In this document: positions 60,281-64,000 of the stretch, piece after piece | Numbering within the stretch: the stretch's first letter is position 1 | Layout: every line of letters begins with the position of its first letter | DNA from: a virus | Length of the DNA stretch: 64,000 bases | Direction: 5' to 3' (one strand) | Virus record (IMG/VR): IMGVR_UViG_3300001450_000023 | Coordinates: 15,790 to 79,789 of that record | Program-made: the position numbers and the translations under genes | Notes under the pieces: generated by a model | Databases searched by the model: none | What the model was told of the DNA's origin: nothing | The model's input: the letters and a program-made list of their open reading frames with translations, nothing else

Positions 60281-60939
60281 TATATTATTTTCTTAACCCA
60301 TTCTACTATCAAATCTGTATACTTATCTCTATACCACTTTTCCATCAATATAGAAGCATCTTCAAAATTATCAAAAAATAAATTCTCTAATAATATAGTT
60401 GGCATTCTGGTTTTATGTAAAATATAAAAATTAGCTTCATAATCTCTATCCTCATCATTATAATCTGTAAGTAATTTAAGAATATCATCATCTATATCAT
60501 CTTCAATTAAATACTCTTCCATTTCAAACTTCTTCTCATAAAGATCTAATAGTACATCACCATGCTTATCACTTTCTTTGTTTCCTTTTGATGTCCATAT
60601 TTGAAAACCCTGTGCTTCATGATTTGTAGTAGCATTTGAATGTTCACTAATATATATTCCAGGACAAATATTAACATGATACCAATTTGCTATATGAACC
60701 CTATCTTGTACCCTAGTATCTTTATAAGGATGATATACTGGAATTACAGTTATACCTTCTGCACTCAACTTCTTTTTTATTAAATCACAGTACTCTCTAT
60801 TTTTAAATCCCTCATAAAAAATACTATTATAATGAAATATACCTTCTCTATGATTAAACATATTATCAGGTTGTGAAGCATATGCTCCTGTAGGATCAAT
60901 ACCACCATGACCAGCATCTAAGAATATTACTTTTTTCAT
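60280..60939 (-). CDS. N-acetylmuramoyl-L-alanine amidase (Amidase_3)
   Basis: IFLDAGHGG, E, ISEHSNA, ILLENLFFDN Zn ligands. Confidence 0.9.
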   Translation of the reverse strand: MKKVIFLDAGHGGIDPTGAYASQPDNMFNHREGIFHYNSIFYEGFKNREYCDLIKKKLSAEGITVIPVYHPYKDTRVQDRVHIANWYHVNICPGIYISEHSNATTNHEAQGFQIWTSKGNKESDKHGDVLLDLYEKKFEMEEYLIEDDIDDDILKLLTDYNDEDRDYEANFYILHKTRMPTILLENLFFDNFEDASILMEKWYRDKYTDLIVEWVKKII

Positions 60940-61235
60940 TTGTGGATTTTTGCTTGAATTTTTAAAGTATAGTTTTTCTGTAATAATTCTTCTATCATAA
61001 CTACAGCTATTTCTTTTTCTGTCTCGTAGAACCCTTTTTCTTCTAAATGCTTAGGGACAGCTCCTGGTGTAAATACAACTTTTAAAACTTTTTTTTCATT
61101 ATCCCAGTTAGGTACACTACATCCACATGAAGAGTTAGAACTTATAAACCTACCACTAGCTATGTATTCAAAATTTACTGTTGTAGGCTGTCCTTCTTTT
61201 AAATTACCTAAATCAATAATTTCATTTTTCCACAT
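60936..61235 (-). CDS. DUF1573-like Ig-fold protein
   Basis: IDLG.L..G....F, SSCGCSVP motif. Confidence 0.7.
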   Translation of the reverse strand: MWKNEIIDLGNLKEGQPTTVNFEYIASGRFISSNSSCGCSVPNWDNEKKVLKVVFTPGAVPKHLEEKGFYETEKEIAVVMIEELLQKNYTLKIQAKIHK

Positions 61236-61635
61236 AATTAACTTTATTATTGTTATTAATATTTCTTTTAGATATTATACCTTCTACATAAAGCCATTGA
61301 TAACCATCACTAGTTAACCACATACCTCTCCTAAAAGCTAACCATGTTTTTTTATTCATCATCTTAGGGTAGCATGCTCCTGCACAACTTTTACTAGCCA
61401 TTTGTAAAGCAGTAGTAGCACAACCACACTTTATACATTCACCCTTATTATAACATTCATGATTCATGTTTTTTATTCTTACATCAATCTGGTGCTTTAT
61501 ATGTTTCCTAATAAACTTGCTGTATTTCTCAGAATAATATAGCTTATATCTAATATTTCCTTGTATATAATACCAAACATCTTTTAATGATACATTCCCT
61601 TTTACAAAATTAATCAAGTGATTTTTTAGATTCAT
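61222..61635 (-). CDS. zinc-finger protein
   Basis: C..KGECIKCGC...KSC...CYP. Confidence 0.65.
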   Translation of the reverse strand: MNLKNHLINFVKGNVSLKDVWYYIQGNIRYKLYYSEKYSKFIRKHIKHQIDVRIKNMNHECYNKGECIKCGCATTALQMASKSCAGACYPKMMNKKTWLAFRRGMWLTSDGYQWLYVEGIISKRNINNNNKVNYVEK

Positions 61636-61915
61636 AATCTTTTAAATAATTAGTTAATAAATCTTTTTTATAATTATAACTCTTTTCAGAAATACCACCT
61701 TTCTTAAAAAGGTTATCAAGATTCCTTATATTATTTCTTATCCTAGATATAGCAGGAGTAAATAAACCTATTTTTTTTAATCTAATATTTAACATCTCCT
61801 CTCCTCCTAAGTTTTCTTTAAAATAATTAAAGAAATTATTTATTACATCATAGGCATCTTCCTCATTAATATCATTATCTAAAGCATATTTTAAAATATC
61901 CTTATTCCTACCCAT
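61610..61915 (-). CDS. HU/IHF-like protein
   Basis: helical N-terminus plus IRLKKIGLF; start set at MGRNKD. Confidence 0.55.
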   Translation of the reverse strand: MGRNKDILKYALDNDINEEDAYDVINNFFNYFKENLGGEEMLNIRLKKIGLFTPAISRIRNNIRNLDNLFKKGGISEKSYNYKKDLLTNYLKDYESKKSLD

Positions 61916-62273
61916 AGTTAAAGATTTTAAAATGATACTCTTGTTCAAATTCAGAAGGTAATACAATTTCTGATATAAACAAAGCTCCATATTTCTTATA
62001 TATGAATCCTTTTTGTTTTAATGATTTTAAATAATTACCTAGTCCTCCTGCTGATATATTTAAATTACCTTTTACTACTTTCCTAGCTGTAGTACCAAAG
62101 ATATCTTCTTTTAAATCTCCTTCTAAGTTAAGGAACTCAGCTAGTACTTCTATTTCTTTAGGAGTTAATTTAATAGGAAGAAAAGGATTTATTACTTCTA
62201 AGTGTTTCTGATAGAAATCCTTTTTATCTAGCTTTAAAGTCTTTTTTATTTTGTTTACTTTCATAATTTTCAA
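61908..62273 (-). CDS. winged-HTH protein
   Basis: LTPKEIEVL...NISAGGLGNYLKSLKQKGFI. Confidence 0.65.
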   Translation of the reverse strand: MKIMKVNKIKKTLKLDKKDFYQKHLEVINPFLPIKLTPKEIEVLAEFLNLEGDLKEDIFGTTARKVVKGNLNISAGGLGNYLKSLKQKGFIYKKYGALFISEIVLPSEFEQEYHFKIFNYG

Positions 62274-62285
62274 GTTTGCTTAATA

Positions 62286-62293
62286 CAAATTTA
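62286..62293 (-). promoter_or_regulatory. Bacteroidota -7 promoter element TAAATTTG at the head of the late operon
   Basis: 12 nt upstream of the first minus-strand gene. Confidence 0.55.
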
Positions 62294-62615
62294 TAATTTA
62301 ATTTTGAAACTTAAAAGTATAAGTGAAAATAAAAAGCTATTATTTATTATATATACTATATATAATAGAAAAAATATAAAAATTATTTTCTTAAACAAAT
62401 ATAATTTAATTTATTTTTAAAATAATTTTATAACCCCTATTACAACTAGTTAAAGTAGTTTTTTATATAACCCCAAAAATTCACTCTTACTCAACCTACC
62501 TTACATCAAAGCCCCAGGCTTTGCTTTTTCCCCACTAACCCCCCTATCAACATTTCTTTTTCCCTTTAAGTAGCCTTGTATAAATATTTATACATTAATC
62601 TTAAATCTTTACATC

Positions 62616-62966
62616 ATGCTAATTGTTTCAAGTGTTAATCTTAGAAAGAAAGATGGTATTGTTTCAGACAAATGTTTAATCATCACATTATCAACAGGTC
62701 CTGCTCTGCCTGGCCTTACAGGTGAAAAGTATTTCTACTCTGCTCCAAAATACAAATCCAAGACTATTGAGGAGTATAGAGAAGAGCTGGTTGATAGAAA
62801 ACTTCCATATAATTCTATTAAAGAATTATGCAAAGAAACTAAGATGGAAGAATTTGATAATTGGTTACATTCAACTAAATATTTAAATGAAAATCCTGAA
62901 TACAGGAAGAGATTAGTTGAGGAAGCCAAAAAGAGAGAAGAAGAAATGAATGACTTACCATTCTAA
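62616..62966 (+). CDS. hypothetical early protein with SSB-like acidic C-terminal tail (NDLPF)
   Basis: 116-aa ORF followed by a terminator. Confidence 0.7.
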   Translation: MLIVSSVNLRKKDGIVSDKCLIITLSTGPALPGLTGEKYFYSAPKYKSKTIEEYREELVDRKLPYNSIKELCKETKMEEFDNWLHSTKYLNENPEYRKRLVEEAKKREEEMNDLPF

Positions 62967-62970
62967 ACTA

Positions 62971-63003
62971 AAGAGAGAGCTTTATGCTCTCTCTTATTTT
63001 TTT
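62971..63003 (+). terminator. intrinsic terminator
   Basis: AAGAGAGAGC-tttat-GCTCTCTCTT plus T run. Confidence 0.85.
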
Positions 63004-63073
63004 ATTTAACTTCTCTATTTCCCTTTATTAATATTGGGATAGAATTATTTTATTTAATTAAATATATAATATT

Positions 63074-63199
63074 ATGTGCTGGAAAAGATGGTTAATACAT
63101 TATTGCCCAAAAGAGTGGAGCAATACAGATGCTTTGATATTCATCAGTATAGATTGTCCTGAAGTTACTCTTCAGGATATAGAAAGAGAAAGACCTTAA
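63074..63199 (+). CDS. small early protein (41 aa, MCWKRWLIHYCP...)
   Basis: ORF framed by the upstream motif and a downstream terminator. Confidence 0.5.
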   Translation: MCWKRWLIHYCPKEWSNTDALIFISIDCPEVTLQDIERERP

Positions 63200-63217
63200 C
63201 AGGTCTTTTCTTTTTTC
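63181..63217 (+). terminator. intrinsic terminator
   Basis: AAAGACC-ttaaca-GGTCTTT plus T-rich tail. Confidence 0.75.
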
Positions 63218-63284
63218 TTAAATACTTTTCTATTTCCCTTAATTAATACTGGACAATATTGTCATTAAAATAAATCTTGATATT

Positions 63285-63428
63285 ATGCCTGAAGATAAAA
63301 GTAATGAAAGTAAAGCAAGAACTCAATACATTGTAGATTCAATTAAGAATACTACAGTAAGTGATGATAAAGTGCTTTACATTGTAGATAAGAGTGGTAA
63401 AACTCTTATTAAAGTATATAATGATTAA
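63285..63428 (+). CDS. small early protein (47 aa, MPEDKSNESK...)
   Basis: ORF downstream of the third motif copy. Confidence 0.6.
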   Translation: MPEDKSNESKARTQYIVDSIKNTTVSDDKVLYIVDKSGKTLIKVYND

Positions 63429-63537
63429 AGTTTTGTTAACTTTGTAGTGAGAACACTTTGTAGCACTAAATACCCACTATTTACTGTGCCATAATCAAAG
63501 TGTTCTTTCTTCTTAATATAATAAAATAGCTTAAAAT

Positions 63538-63653
63538 AAAACTATTTGCAGTTGATTATGTCCTGAGCTAGTGTGGATATAATCTGTAAAGCTACTGTCA
63601 CTTAGATGACAGCTTGAAAACTCTGATAAAGGAGTGGCACTGCATTTAGTTTT
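63538..63653 (+). ncRNA. candidate multibranch structured RNA
   Basis: closing stem plus three internal hairpins in a GC-elevated intergenic stretch. Confidence 0.5.
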
Positions 63654-63700
63654 TTTCTAATATAATAAATCAATTTAATTTACCTTATAAACAATATGAT

Positions 63701-63883
63701 ATGATACCATTTATTATTTTATGTGCAATATGTTGCACACTTATAGGCACAGGGAGTGCCTTAATTTATTATGCTTTTAAAAAGCATGTAAACCTACAAG
63801 TTATTAGTCTAATTTCCATAGCAATTATGTTAAGTATAATTGTTAGTGGATTAATTGTTCACCAACAAAATGGACTAATATGA
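63701..63883 (+). CDS. small membrane protein (2 TM)
   Basis: 60 aa, two hydrophobic helices. Confidence 0.6.
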   Translation: MIPFIILCAICCTLIGTGSALIYYAFKKHVNLQVISLISIAIMLSIIVSGLIVHQQNGLI

Positions 63884-64000
63884 AATATTTAATTATATTG
63901 TGTGTATTACTAACAAGTTGTAATACATATAAAAACTGCAACTTTGGAGAGGTAAAACCTTTTCCAAAGTTGGAAGAGTTCAAAGCTTTTGAAACCATAG
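63880..64000 (+). CDS. lipoprotein (truncated by window end)
   Basis: MKYLIILCVLLTSC lipobox; ATGA overlap; open to the window end. Confidence 0.6.
   Translation, partial: MKYLIILCVLLTSCNTYKNCNFGEVKPFPKLEEFKAFETI

Larger units (their letters stand above)
62553..63252 (+). promoter_or_regulatory. three copies of a TTTCCCTT-core upstream motif (putative early/vRNAP promoter)
   Basis: 62553-73, 63011-37, 63226-52; core 50-55 nt before each ATG. Confidence 0.6.

Noticed and set aside
63547-63644. tRNA or hammerhead ribozyme
   Set aside because: No GTTC T-loop or proper arm sizes; CTGA and GAAA are present but not in hammerhead core order
1-64000. Stop-codon reassignment, as found in some crAss-like phages
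   Set aside because: Core genes are full length in code 11, and TAG, TGA and TAA all end genes at tight junctions

Overview
A very AT-rich 64-kb segment of a crAss-like (Crassvirales-type) podophage genome. Promoter motifs, A-rich SD-less gene starts, a DUF1573 gene and lipoboxes point to a Bacteroidota host. It uses the standard genetic code. Layout: (i) 1-7.1 kb (+): end of the replication/accessory block (Hjc-type resolvase, PD-(D/E)XK nuclease, RadC/JAB, GH73 hydrolase, a stand-alone class II aaRS/AsnA-like catalytic domain, dUTPase). (ii) 7.1-62.3 kb (-): the structural block, comprising three large ejected cargo proteins, a 4919-aa virion RNA polymerase polyprotein (DFDID, zincin HExxH, ART-like insert), tail stabilisation/muzzle, ring proteins, holins, tail fibres, capsid, portal, terminase and several lysis enzymes. 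(iii) 62.3-64 kb (+): start of a divergent early region built of terminator-motif-small-gene cassettes plus structured non-coding elements. The most unusual signals are: two tandem stem-closed large-loop non-coding units with a shared 17-mer (59.27-59.47 kb); a multibranch ncRNA candidate (63.54-63.65 kb); a repeated early-promoter-like motif; near-total CpG avoidance; repeated motifs that may mark processing of the ejected polyproteins; and the phage-borne aaRS paralog. All family assignments are by motif recognition, without database searches.
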